Source: Bugula neritina
Taxonomy: Eukaryota > Animalia > Bryozoa
Assembly (NCBI GenBank): GCA_964035545.1
Contig: OZ037771.1
Location: 569,628-633,627, forward strand
DNA length: 64,000 nucleotides
Direction: 5' to 3'
The number at the start of each line of letters is the position of its first letter. The first letter of the stretch is position 1. A program made the translations under genes and the position numbers. Below the pieces are notes generated by a model. It saw nothing but the letters and a program-made list of their open reading frames with translations. It did not search any database and had not been told where the DNA came from. Of this stretch, positions 24,485 to 37,019 are shown piece after piece.

Positions 24485-27400
24485 ATGAGTCATTTGTTTA
24501 ATACAGGTGATCATGTATTGTGCTACGAACCAACGCCTTACCGAGCTAAAGTTTTATATGAAGCTAAGGTAACCATAAGTTTACCATAATATTGATATTG
24601 GTATTATTTATTATACTTACGGTTACTGATGCTGATATTGGATTGTTAATTGGGCTTTTTCATGCGGTATTTTGTATTCGAAGTTGCTATTGCTATTACA
24701 GTATTATCCTTATACTTATAGTAATACTAATAGTAATAGTAATAGCATTACTTAGTAATACTAATAGTAATACTAATACTAATAGTAATAGTTATTACTT
24801 ATTAGTATTACTACTAGCTTACTAGGCCTAGCTCTTATTTTTTCACATCAGTATTACAAATTGAAATATTACTAGTACTAGTACTACTACTAGTAGTAAT
24901 ACTCAGTAATAGTAATATTCATTACTAATACTAATAGTAATAGTAATACTTATACTGTTAATAATACCAATTAGTATTACAGTCATGGCACTAACACTAA
25001 TGGCTAGCTGAAAGTAAATTATTAAATATTATAATAATTTTTACAACTGTAAGTTAGATATACATTGTAATTGTCATTATTATTATGCAAACAGATTTAT
25101 ATATCAATTATTTGTATTTTTTATAGTTATGGTGACAATATTTTTAATTATAGTTAATGTTATACTTACAGTTACACTTGAAGTAATTATTATGTAGTAT
25201 TAGATTTAATTTTTAGTATTATTATAGTTTTATATACATATGTTATTAATTTGAAAGAATACATATAAAGCTACAAATACAAACTTGAGTAAACATGACA
25301 TGTACTTTTGTTCTCATACTAAAGTTAACTGAGAATTAAAGTTAATATGTAAGAATGAAAATTGAAGCAACACTTTTGCTGGTAATTAAAATGGTTAATT
25401 TTTGCAATTTGAAAATGACATTAGTTTTAATGCAATTCATCATGCTTAAAATGTTGCTGTTTTTATTTTGCTAGAAACATATTGTGGTTGTAAACTTGTA
25501 GATTGTAGAAGTGGTTCAAAAGAAATCTGGTGAACCATCTTACAAGCTGAGGGTCAACGATTGGAACAAAATGTGGGTAAACTAATTTTAATTTGGTTTA
25601 CATCCAGGATGATAATGTAAGCCTATAAGCTGATTACTTCAATCATTACTATTTGGTGTTTTATTTTAGATACAAATCTAGGACGAGGAAATTTGGGTAT
25701 GTTTTATTTATAAGTCATAACTGGCTGCTTTATTGTTGCAAATAGTCTGTAGCTCATCTGTGTCTCAGCTTTGAGTCTCATAACAGAAGAATTGTTTGCA
25801 AGCTTTGCTACAAGCATTAAAGTAAAGGTATGTTACTTATTTCCAGCATTGTAGAGGAAGTCGCGGAGTCATTTCTGTGTGCTGTTACCAAAAAACGTCT
25901 TGTGTTGATGAATAAAATAGCAAAGATAGCGAGTGGAATGTAAGTTATACTACATTCTATTAGTATCATTATAATCATTCTATTTTTAGCTGCAATAGAA
26001 AATATATAATCTCCCTGCATATAGAAACTGCTGCGTAACCAATATGTTTCATATAAACTCTGCTTTTGATATTGAATAGTTAGAAATACTTTACTCTTCT
26101 ACTGAATTGCTAATTAGTAAAGGGGAAGTGGAAAGAATTGAAACCGTACGAGAACTGTTAGTAAAGGCATTAGACTTGAAGACTATTAAGGAGTTGCCAC
26201 CTGGACTACAAGATGATGATTCCCAGTCGGAAGTTGCTGAACACGTCAACAATCCAGAAGATTCTGAAGTGTTTTAATTACAAATTTCTTGTGTTCATCT
26301 TATACTAATTTTGTTTGGGAAAATTTATGTTCTAGTTCTAAGTTACCTTCTTGTTTAACAATATTTGTAGATTATTCATAAGTTTGATTATATAGTACTA
26401 TATATGGTGTGTGATATAATACAGGTAGAAGGTGAAACTATATATGGTGTGTGATATAATACAGGTAGAAGGTGAAACTATATATGGTGTGTGATATAAT
26501 ACAGGTAGAAGGTGAAACTATATATGGTGTGTGATATAATACAGGTAGAAGGTGAAACTATATATGGTGTGTGATATAATACAGGTAGAAGGTGAAACTA
26601 TATATGGTGTGTGATATAATACAGGTAGAAGGTGAAACTATATATGGTGTGTGATATAATACAGGTAGAAGGTGAAACTATATATGGTGTGTGATATAAT
26701 ACAGGTAGAAGGTGAAACTATATATGGTGTGTGATATAATACAGGTAGAAGGTGGAACTATATATGGTGTGTGATATAATACAGGTAGAAGGTGAAACTA
26801 TATATGGTGTGTGATATAATACAGGTAGAAGGTGAAACTATATATGGTGTGTGATATAATACAGGTAGAAGGTGAACATCTCGTTACCATAGAACTACAA
26901 GAAGAGCTGAAGGAAGTTCTGGAAAGTGACTTCAGTCAAGTGAAAAATAAACACAAAGTAAGTCCAACCCCAGCAGTTGGTTCGTATGACAACTACAATT
27001 TTAACTATTAATCTGGTTACATATAACTATAACTCTAACTCCAAATTAACGCTAGCCTTACTCTGACTATGTAACTATAACTCCAACTATATCACTATAA
27101 CTCCAACTATGTAACTATAACTCCAACTATATCACTAACTCCAACTATATCACTATAACTCCAACTATGTCACTATGACTATAACTATATGACTATAACT
27201 CCAACTATGTCACTATGACTATAACTATGTAACTATAACTCCAACTATGTAACTATGACTATAACTATGTAACTATAACTCCAACTATGTAACTATGACT
27301 CCAACTATATAACTATAACTCCAACTATGTCACTATGACTATAACTATGTAACTATAACTCCAACTATGTAACTATGACTACATCTGTAGCTACAACTTG

Positions 27401-30400
27401 AGTATGCAGTACAGACTAGTATGTATTTTCATCACTTGACCTCATGTGGATTTAGATGTCACTTAATGGGCCTCCGGTTGCTGAGGTGTTGGAGTCGTTC
27501 CTCCGATCTCATGCACACGCGTTACTGTTTGACAGACCTAAGAATTCAAAGGACGTTTATAAACCAGAAAAAAGGTATTTAATAGAACTCTTGTTCCTCT
27601 TTCACTCCATTGTGAACCTGATGATATACTACAGACTGTAGCAATGCTATTTACTATTAGAGAAATAACCTAAAGAATTAGGAGTTGTGCTCCCGTTATA
27701 TAATGAACTCTCGTATGTTTATACATTGTGACAATTTATAATTCTTAGAATAAGTTTAACTAAAGAAGTACTTGAAGGTATCCGTTGTCTATTTGATGTT
27801 ATTCTCGCTACCAATCTCTTGTACCTGGAGGAACAAAACTCACACTCTCACATCGTGTCAAACACTGATTGGATGGTCACCTCGTAAGTGTAACTTGTTT
27901 TATAAGTAACTAAGTTTATTTTTCTGCTTACAGTATATGTATTGCAATAATATATTCTATTGTATAAATTATATTTTACTACATTACATTTATTTTCTTA
28001 CAAAATCTATAAATCAGTAAGGAAAAATGTTATTACAGCGAATACCTGGCATAATAAACTATAGTTATTACAGTGAACACCTGGAATATTGTATTGTTAT
28101 ACTGTTACTGACTCTAAGAAGTAACACATTATAGTAGGTACAGTGGACACCTTGAGTACTGTATAGTTATACTGTTACTGATTCACTGCATGTAGGAAGC
28201 CTGTCTCCAGACGACAAACTCGCTCATCAGCTGCTGAGACACCTCAGACCGAGGCTACTCCTCCGTTCACTCAATACTCTACTAGTGAGCTGAAAACCCC
28301 TGCAGTCTCCCAGCAGCTTTGTATGTACTTCTTTATCAGTTGTATATTCCCTTTGGTCAAGTATATTCCCTTTAGTCGAGTATATTCCCTTTAGTCAAGT
28401 ATATTACCTTTAGTCAAGTATATTCCCTTTAGTCAAGTATATTCCCTTTAGTCAAGTATATTTCCTTTAGTCAAGTATATTCCCTCTAGTCAAGTATATT
28501 TCCTTTAGTCAAGTATATTCCCTTTAGTCAAGTATATTCCCTTTAGTCAAGTATATTTCCTTTAGTCAAGTATATTCCCTCTAGTCAAGTATATTTCCTT
28601 TAGTCAAGTATATTCCCTTTAGTCAAGTATATTCCCTTTAGTCAAGTATATTACCTTTAGTCAAGTATATTCTCTTTAGTCAAGTATATTCCCTTTAGTC
28701 AAGTATATTCCCTTTAGTCAAGTATATTCCCTCTAGTCAAGTATATTCCCTTTAGTCAAGTATATTCCCTTTAGTCAAGTATATTTCCTTTAGTCAAGTA
28801 TATTGCCTTTAGTCAACTATATTGTAGAAACTACCATTATGTATTCTAACATCTGGTAGTTAAGTTTATTATTTGTAGTTTTTACAGCCCTTCAGTTGTC
28901 GGAAACCATCCATCAGTTATTAGTTAATATTACAGCATACTGAAATTCAATGCTGGAGAAGTAAATTTATAAAACCGTTGTTACATAATTGAATTTGGTT
29001 GACACTCTAGATAGTGAATTGAATTATGATTCATCAGAAATGATATCTTATAAGATTGTAATACGATGACTTGCCTGTCACATGACAGTAATACACACGT
29101 ATATACAGTGTGGCTTACACATAATATGTTTATATGTGGTTTATACGTACCCATCCGCTGCTCGTCAAGTTGCCATCTTTTTATTACGTCATGTTGCGAG
29201 TGTCGAGTGTCGCACTCCCAACTTTTGTACAGCTGACTGACAGCTGACATTCCTTCAACTTTCTCCTTGGCAAAAGTTACCTGAATATTTCCACCTGAAT
29301 CTGTCCTGTAAAACGTCTAATCTTTCATGTACAAAGCTTTACCTTCCCAACACAGCTTGTTTGATTTCACCTACTCACAGCTATTCCATTTTTGAGTACA
29401 ATGTCATACAGCTGATCATATCTATTATAACTTGTCTAGGAACACCTGGTCTAGAAATCACACTCTTTATTTATGTTCTGATTTAGTTAGCAAGTTGGAG
29501 CAGCACACGGGCACCCCTTGCGATGCACCGTCCTGTAAGAAACCAAGGTTATCTTCTCTACAAACCAGTATGCAGAATAGCCCTAGCGGCAGGTCGACTC
29601 CCACTCAAAACTTGCAGGCGGAAGCTCTAATGAAGGAGGTTTGTATAGTGTTGGTTCACAGGCTAGTATTCTACACAGCTGCTAATTGTTGCATTAGCCT
29701 GAGAAATGTGCACAGTAAACTACACTGCCAGCTTTGCACTTCCTGCTTTGGGCTTCTCACAAGAACGCAACGTAACCTCTGCAAAATACATGTCTAGAAC
29801 AGGAAATGATGCAGTCTTCTACTTCCTGTTATTGGACTGTTGCTGAGGCCACTTCCTGTCGGCTACTAAACTTTAAGGTCGAGTTTATTGATTCGTCCGG
29901 CTGTTTCCTGATAGCCATTACTCTGGCCAGCGATCTACCTCTATGATATATCTACAGTATGATTATATATCTATAGTGAATACCTCTATGATATATCTAC
30001 AGTATGATTATATATCTATAGTGAATACCTCTATGATATATCTACAGTATGATTATATATCTATAGTGAATACCTCTATGATATATCTACAGTATGATTA
30101 TATATCTATAGTGAATACCTCTATGATATATCTACAGTATGATTATATATCTATAGTGAATCTTTCTATGATATATCTACAGTATGATTATATATCTATA
30201 GTGAATACCTCTATGATATATCTACAGTATGATTATATATCTATAGTGAATACCTCTATGATATATCTACAGTATGATTATATATCTATAGTGAATACGT
30301 CTATGATATATCTACGGTATGATTATATATCTATAGTGAATACCTCTATGATATATCTACAGTATGATTATATATCTATAGTGAATACTTCTATGATATA

Positions 30401-33400
30401 TCTACAGTATGATTATATATCTATAGTGAATACCTCTATGATATATCTACAGTATGATTATATATCATCTGGTCTATGCTGCTGAAAAGTAGTATCCAGG
30501 GCTGCTTTGGGGTCTCCTGTCATCACCTGACCCGCTGCCTTCCTGCTAGGGTGATGACCCCACATTCTTGATGTGGTCAAGTCCCACACACACACTCACG
30601 CACACTCACCGTGGCAAAACATACCTGCAAAAAGTGTAGCAACTCTGCTATCCCACACCATTAGCTAGCACGTGTTGCTAGCTAACAGTCTTACTTACAT
30701 TTATTATAATAACAAGCTTCTAGCAACAGTTCTTCCCTTTTGTGTCGGCCTCCTGTTATGTCATCAAATAATTGAAGCCACAAATGCATAACCTTTGCAA
30801 GTTTCATTGGCATCTTTTGGAGTATATTATTATCATTAGAGCTTACACAGTTAAACTACAGTTTATATATATTATACTGTGTTGTGTATACTGTGTAGTG
30901 TGTACTGTGTAGTGTATACTGTGTAGTGTGTACTCTGTAGTGTATACTGTGTAGTAGTGTATACTGTGTAGTGTGTACTCTGTAGTGTATACTGTGTAGT
31001 GTGCACTGTGTAGTGTGTACTTTGTAGTGTGTACTGTGTAGTGTATACTGTGTAGTAGTGTATACTGTGTAGTGTATACTGTGCAGTGTATACTGTGTAG
31101 TGTGCAGTGTATACTGTGTAGTGTGTACTCTGTAGTGTATACTGTGTAGTGTGCACTGTGTAGTGTGTACTTTGTAGTGTGTACTGTGTAGTGTATACTG
31201 TGTAGTAGTGTATACTGTGTAGTGTGTACTGTGTAGTGTATACTGTGTAGTGTATACTGTGTAGTGTATACTGTGTAGTGTGTACTGTGTAGTGTGTACT
31301 CTGTAGTGTGTACTCTGTAGTATATACTGTGTAGTATATACTGTGTAGTGTGTACTGTGTAGTATATACTGTGTAGTATATACTGTGTAGTATATACTCT
31401 GTAGTGTGTACTGTGTAGTGTATACTGTGTAGTGTGTACTCTGTAGTGTATACTCTGTAGTGTGTACTGTGTAGTGTGTAGTGAATCATTTCCTGTAACT
31501 TGATGGTGGGCTAAGGTGTTCGTAAACAAAGCACTCGAAAGGTCGCGAGATCAGCTCTTCCTTGAGGCGCTGTTGAACCAGAAGACAACAATTTCTTGTT
31601 GAATATTTGTGACAGCAGTTTAGTCTGTTAACTAACTTGTACATTGCGGGAGGGCAGTTCATGTGCCGTACTGCATGGGTTTTGTGGCATCAGTCTACTG
31701 CCTCAGGATATGACTTGTTTTTGTTCTGGACACATGACTAAAATTAGCTAGACATACTCGCTGCCTTCATGTGACATACTCGCTGCCTTCATGTGACATA
31801 CTCGCTGCCTCCATGAGACATACTCGCTGCCTTCATGTGACATACTCGCTGCCTCCATGAGACATACTCGCTGCCTTCATGTGACATACTCGCTGCCTTC
31901 ATGAGACATACTCGCTGCCTTCATGAGACATACTCGCTGCCTTCATGTGACCAGGCATTACGTTTATATATACTATACACTAGCAGTAATATACTATACA
32001 CTAGCATTAATATATTATACACTAGCAGTAATATGTTATATACTAGCAGTAATATATTGTATGTTGTTTATAAACAGTAGAATAATATATTAATAGCATC
32101 TAGCCACATTAACATCTCTAACTCTGGTTATTAATAGTGTTTTATGTTCACCTCATTATTTATTGTTTCTCATAGGTCACTGATTGGAGGTTGTTACCAC
32201 AAGACTTGCAGGTCAAGGGCACTCTACCTTCCTGTAAATATGGTGCTGTGTATTTACTCAGACTATTTGGTAAGTGTTTGTAGTCTAATGAGAGCTGACT
32301 GTAACGCTGTCTGCGTATTAACATGTTATACTTGATGTTCTCATCTGTTATACTCGATATTCTCATCTGTTATACTTGATATTCTCATCTGTTATACTTG
32401 ATATTCTCATCTGTTATACTCGATATCCTCACCTGTTATACTCGATATTCTCATCTGTTATACTCGATATTCTCATCTGTTATACTTGATATTCTCATCT
32501 GTTATACTTGATATTCTCATCTGTTATACTCGATATCCTCATCTGTTATACTCGATATTCTCATCTGTTATACTCGATATTCTCATCTGTTATACTTGAT
32601 ATTCTCATCTGTTATACTTGATATTCTCATCTGTTATACTTGATATCCTCATCTGTTATACTCGATATTCTCATCTGTTATACTCGATATTCTCATCTGT
32701 TATACTTGATATTCTCATCTGTTATACTCGATATTCTCATCTGTTATACTCGATATTCTCATCTGTTATACTTGATATTCTCATCTGTTATACTCGATAT
32801 TCTCATCTGTTATACTCGATATTCTCATCTGTTATACTCGATATTCTCATCTGTTATACTTGATATTCTCATCTGTTATACTCGATATTCTCATCTGTTA
32901 TACTTGATATCCTCATCTGTTATACTCGATATTCTCATCTGTTATACTTGATATTCTCATCTGTTATACTCGATATTCTCATCTGTTATACTCGATATTC
33001 TCATCTGTTATACTCGATATTCTCATCTGTTATACTTGATATTCTCATCTGTTATACTCGATATTCTCATCTGTTATACTTGATATTCTCATCTGTTATA
33101 CTCGATATTCTCACCTGTTATACTTGATATTCTCATCTGTTATACTCGATATTCTCATCTGTTATACTTGATATTCTCATCTGTTATACTCGATATTCTC
33201 ACCTGTTATAGTCAAACTCCCGGACATACTATCTAAAATGAAGCTGTCGAATGAGTTAAGAAGTTTTCTCCTCAGTGTGTTCCATTACATATTCAGGTCA
33301 GTGAACCTGTTGTGATATTTCAGTTACTCTCACTATACTGTGATATTTTAGTTACTCTCACTATACTCTGATATTTCAGTTACTCTCACTATACTGTGAT

Positions 33401-33870
33401 ATTTCAGTTACTCTCACTATACTGTGATATTTCAGTTACTCTCACTATACTGTGATATTTCAGTTACTCTCACTATACTCTGATATTTCAGTTACTCTCA
33501 CTATACTGTGATATTTCAGTTACTCTCACTATACTGTGATATTTCAGTTACTCTCACTATACTCTGATATTTCAGTTACTGTCACTATACTGTGATATTT
33601 CAGTTACTCTCGCTATATTGTGATATTTCAGTTACTGTCACTATACTGTGATATTTCAGTTACTCTCACTATACTCTGATATTTCAGTTACTCTCACTAT
33701 ACTGTAATATTTCAGTCACTGTCACTATACTGTGATATTTCAGTTACTCTCACTATACTCTGATATTTTAGTTACTGTCACTATATTTTAGTTACCTGAT
33801 AGAAGAGAAGAAGAGATTATTTGACAGCGTATACTACGTCCCTCTGCCGGTATCAGCGTCAGCACTCTGA
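24485..33870 (+). CDS. MSL3: MSL3-like chromo-barrel plus MRG domain protein, multi-exon
   Basis: MSHLFNTGDHVLCYEPTPYRAKVLYEAK|IVEV (MSL3-type VLCxEP..KAxVLYxAK); MRG: TIELQEELKEVLESD, LTKEVLEGIRCLFDVILATNLLYLEE, WRLLP..PSCKYGAVYLLRLF|VKLPDILSKM; stop 33868-33870. Confidence 0.9.
26398..26876 (+). repeat. 40-bp minisatellite x12 spanning an MSL3 acceptor
   Basis: Unit tatatatggtgtgtgatataatacag|gtagaaggtgaaac; only the last copy continues into the exon VEGEHLVTIEL. Confidence 0.95.
27060..27382 (+). repeat. Degenerate (ataactccaactatgtaact)n intronic repeat
   Basis: Hexamer-based (aactat) units. Confidence 0.85.
28341..28822 (+). repeat. 19-bp minisatellite (agtcaagtatattcccttt)n
   Basis: About 25 copies starting 20 nt after the donor at 28321. 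Confidence 0.95.
29935..30466 (+). repeat. 45-bp minisatellite, about 12 copies, MSL3 intron
   Basis: Unit tacctctatgatatatctacagtatgattatatatctatagtgaa. Confidence 0.95.
30877..31482 (+). repeat. 14-bp satellite (actgtgtagtgtgt)n related to the 19-bp family
   Basis: About 42 imperfect copies. Confidence 0.9.
31752..31950 (+). repeat. 22-bp minisatellite (gacatactcgctgccttcatgt) x9
   Basis: Directly visible. Confidence 0.95.
32336..33209 (+). repeat. 22-bp minisatellite (tctcatctgttatactcgatat)n running into an MSL3 acceptor
   Basis: About 40 copies; last unit ends ctgttatAG|tc at 33211. Confidence 0.95.
33312..33795 (+). repeat. 28-bp minisatellite, about 17 copies, each containing tttcag|ttac, last MSL3 intron
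   Basis: Unit gatatttcagttactctcactatactgt; homology-supported acceptor ttttag|ttacctg at 33791. Confidence 0.95.
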
Positions 33871-36821
33871 TACAGCAACTGTCCTACTAAATACATTTCT
33901 CACTATTATCATGTGACTACATAATAATTATATTGTTATTTGTTATACATCCCTTTTCAGTTGTAAAATATTGTAATGTTATTTGGATGCATGTAAATAT
34001 ACATTCACCTCATCCGGTCAGCTCAACCCTTTAATTAAATGCCTAAAGAGAATTTTATGGCTATGTCTATGATAGCAAAAGGTTAAATATAAATAAATGT
34101 ACAAACATAAAACACAATTGCCATAGTAAGTTATATTATATAAATGATTACTTACACTTGTATTTTCTTCTGAAAATGAAACTGACAGTTTTAAATTATT
34201 ACAAATTTAATAACAATTCCACTCTTCATATTAAAACTAATTATCATTATAAACATGTGACTTTACTATATCGTCTCACATTATCTTGCCTAGCTAATGC
34301 AGATAATACTGGTGGTATTTCTGCTATGGTGAGACACTAGAAGGTGAAGCATGTGACACAATGTGGGACATAATGTAATACACCTTAAAATGATGCAGTC
34401 TGTACATCACAAGTTAAAATCAAAGTGAATTTCAAGCAGAGGAGTGGTTCTTTCTCCACTTGTAGCTCATATACTAGGTGCTTCTATTTATATAACTGTG
34501 GAATGATTAGTTGGTACAAATCAATGTTATCAATATGATAAAATCTACAGGTAAAGGAAAACATAAAAAAGAAAGTCTACAGTCAAGTGACTTTGTTCAG
34601 AGTGGCTGAACATATAACACAGTGAAAGGGTATTTGAATATGAATAGCAATTATTGCACAAGCAAATATCTTTTATGTTGTATTGAATGTGCATAAACTG
34701 GTGCCTGGGAGGAATCATGCCACCAGTAATTGCATGCAGCAAACCAATATATCGAATTATAGCTACAGCTTGCGTACACTGTGGGTGTTGTTGCGAGTCG
34801 AAAGGGTGCCCTCACTAGCCACCCAAACATTTATTCAGGATTCTAGAGCCAAACTATCTCAGCCATTTATGTTCTACCAGCTAGGTAACACCACTTAATA
34901 AATAATAGGAGCTTGTGTGCACTCACCATGCATGTATGCTGGATACAATTAAACTTGTTAAAGCACAAAAAATAAAACTCCTAATTTAGTACGTTTCCCA
35001 GAGCTTATGTCTCAAAAAAGATTAAAAGTCTACAATTTTGTATTCTGCAACAGGTTTGGCAATTCACCAAAATTGCCTGCTATTAAGAGTTATCTTCTTA
35101 ATTAGGGAAACCAAATGAAAATTATAATCAGAAATGAAATCAGTCACAAAAGTTGAGTACTGAATGAAAAACTTGGTAGGTTTTTCCTTCAACAGAACTC
35201 AAAGTTATATGAAAAGCCGACTGCATGACTATCCAAACTTTTCAGTTGCTGCATCAAAAAAGCTTTTTGTCACTGACAAAGGCAATTAGAAAAGATTCCA
35301 TTATTCTGAGACTTTTGGGTGGGGGGGGTCATGTTTTCCCTGTGCTATGTAACTTAGTCTGGTTTCTATTGAATGTTCATTCGTTAGCAATGTATTCATA
35401 TCTTGTTTTCAAGACATTCTCAAATGGAATCTGAAAAGGTTTTTTCAGTGTTCAAAATTGCGTCATTGGAATGAAACTGAATTACTCGGCAACAATGTGA
35501 CTGTAATCCCACAACATAGTAGCCAGTTGTATGGCAACATAAAATAATATTATAGTTATGTGCAGTTCAATATATTGTACACAATAATAGGCTGTTCAGT
35601 AGCAATAATACTCTTGCTGAAGTCAGCATTGTCAGCTATGTCCATGTACATCTATCTACACATCTGGAAAGAATAAACCTGATGATGTAGTTGATGATTA
35701 ACTCATAACTCAGCTGTGAGAAGACAGCAATCCTCTCTCCAGATGCTGGCGGCCATATTGAATTTATTACGAAAACTTGTCCTCTGTACCTAATTATTGA
35801 CCTTGATCAAAAAGCTTCTTCATTGATACAGTGTGACTCACAACCTCAGCTCCACAAGCTGCCACAGCAAGAAAGTCGGTGGGGTTTAAGGTTTGCCGTA
35901 GATTGAATTGCACTGACTTTATATAATCAAATAATAGTCATTCTTTTATCTTGAATTGAATTATCGCAACTAGGATGTTTTGAAATTCTTGCTCAGCATT
36001 AGCACCTTAATTGCATTACATTTAGATAAAGTATAGAAAAGACGAAATTGACAAGTTTCATGATTGTATTCGTCTCCCCTCTTATCAACAGCATTATAAA
36101 ACCCAGCACCTCCTTAACATAATATAAAAATTCTCCAATAAACTCAACTCCGTATGCAGTGTTGGCTTTAACATGCAATTAATCACTGGAAAATATTTCA
36201 ACATAAGTAATAGACTAATAGTATACTATGAAGGGTGGCAACAGTACATAAAATCAGTCTTTGAGTATTTAAACTTTGAAAATTTGGACAGAATATCAAT
36301 AAAATGCAGTAACATCATAAAAGACTTGGAAAAATACAAGTGAATTAGTAAGATCTACGGCAGGTGCAGGTGTGTACATGGAGATTCAGTGTACAGTGTG
36401 TGTGTGCGCGTTGTCGGTGTTATAAAGACTAATACTAGGTGAAAGTAACACGCCATGACAATCTGGTAATATGGCTATTACTGAACACTCTCAGTAGAAT
36501 GGTGGAGAAAGAACTACGTTGAACGATTCTAGTCTGTCAGAGTTGAAAGTGCCATTGAATAGCGACACTAGTTAGGAACAAATATCATTTGTTATTTCTT
36601 TAAATAGAACATTGCACAAAAATATCATTAAAACAATAAAACTCTATAAATGTTAATTCAGGAATAATACTTCTAGTATATAGGCTGGAGTTAGACCCCA
36701 TGAAATTTGGAATATGTGAATAAGTGTATTGTACGAGGCAGTTCTACTCTTCGGCTATAACCAACTGCTGGCAATCTGTATTCATAGTTAAAATAATGGC
36801 GGGTTAAACTCTGTGTGAGAA

Positions 36822-37002
36822 TACGCCCCGAGAGTGGTAGTCACGCCCCGAGAGTGGTAGTCACGCCCCGAGAGTGGTAGTCACGCCCCGAGAGTGGTGG
36901 TCACGCCCCGAGAGTGGTGGTCACGCCCCAAGAGTGGTGGTCACGCCCCGAGAGTGGTAGTCACGCCCCGAGAGTGGTAGTCACGCCCCAAGAGTGGTGG
37001 TG
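36822..37002 (-). repeat. 20-bp GC-rich minisatellite (cacgccccgagagtggtagt) x9 just downstream of the GPCR stop codon
   Basis: Begins about 18 nt after the stop at 37020 in the minus sense. Confidence 0.95.
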
Positions 37003-37019
37003 GACATGTGAGGAGGTAG

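Noticed and set aside
26398-26876. Regularly spaced 30-45 bp repeats resembling CRISPR arrays
   Set aside because: No unique spacers, no cas genes, and the context is spliceosomal eukaryotic genes.
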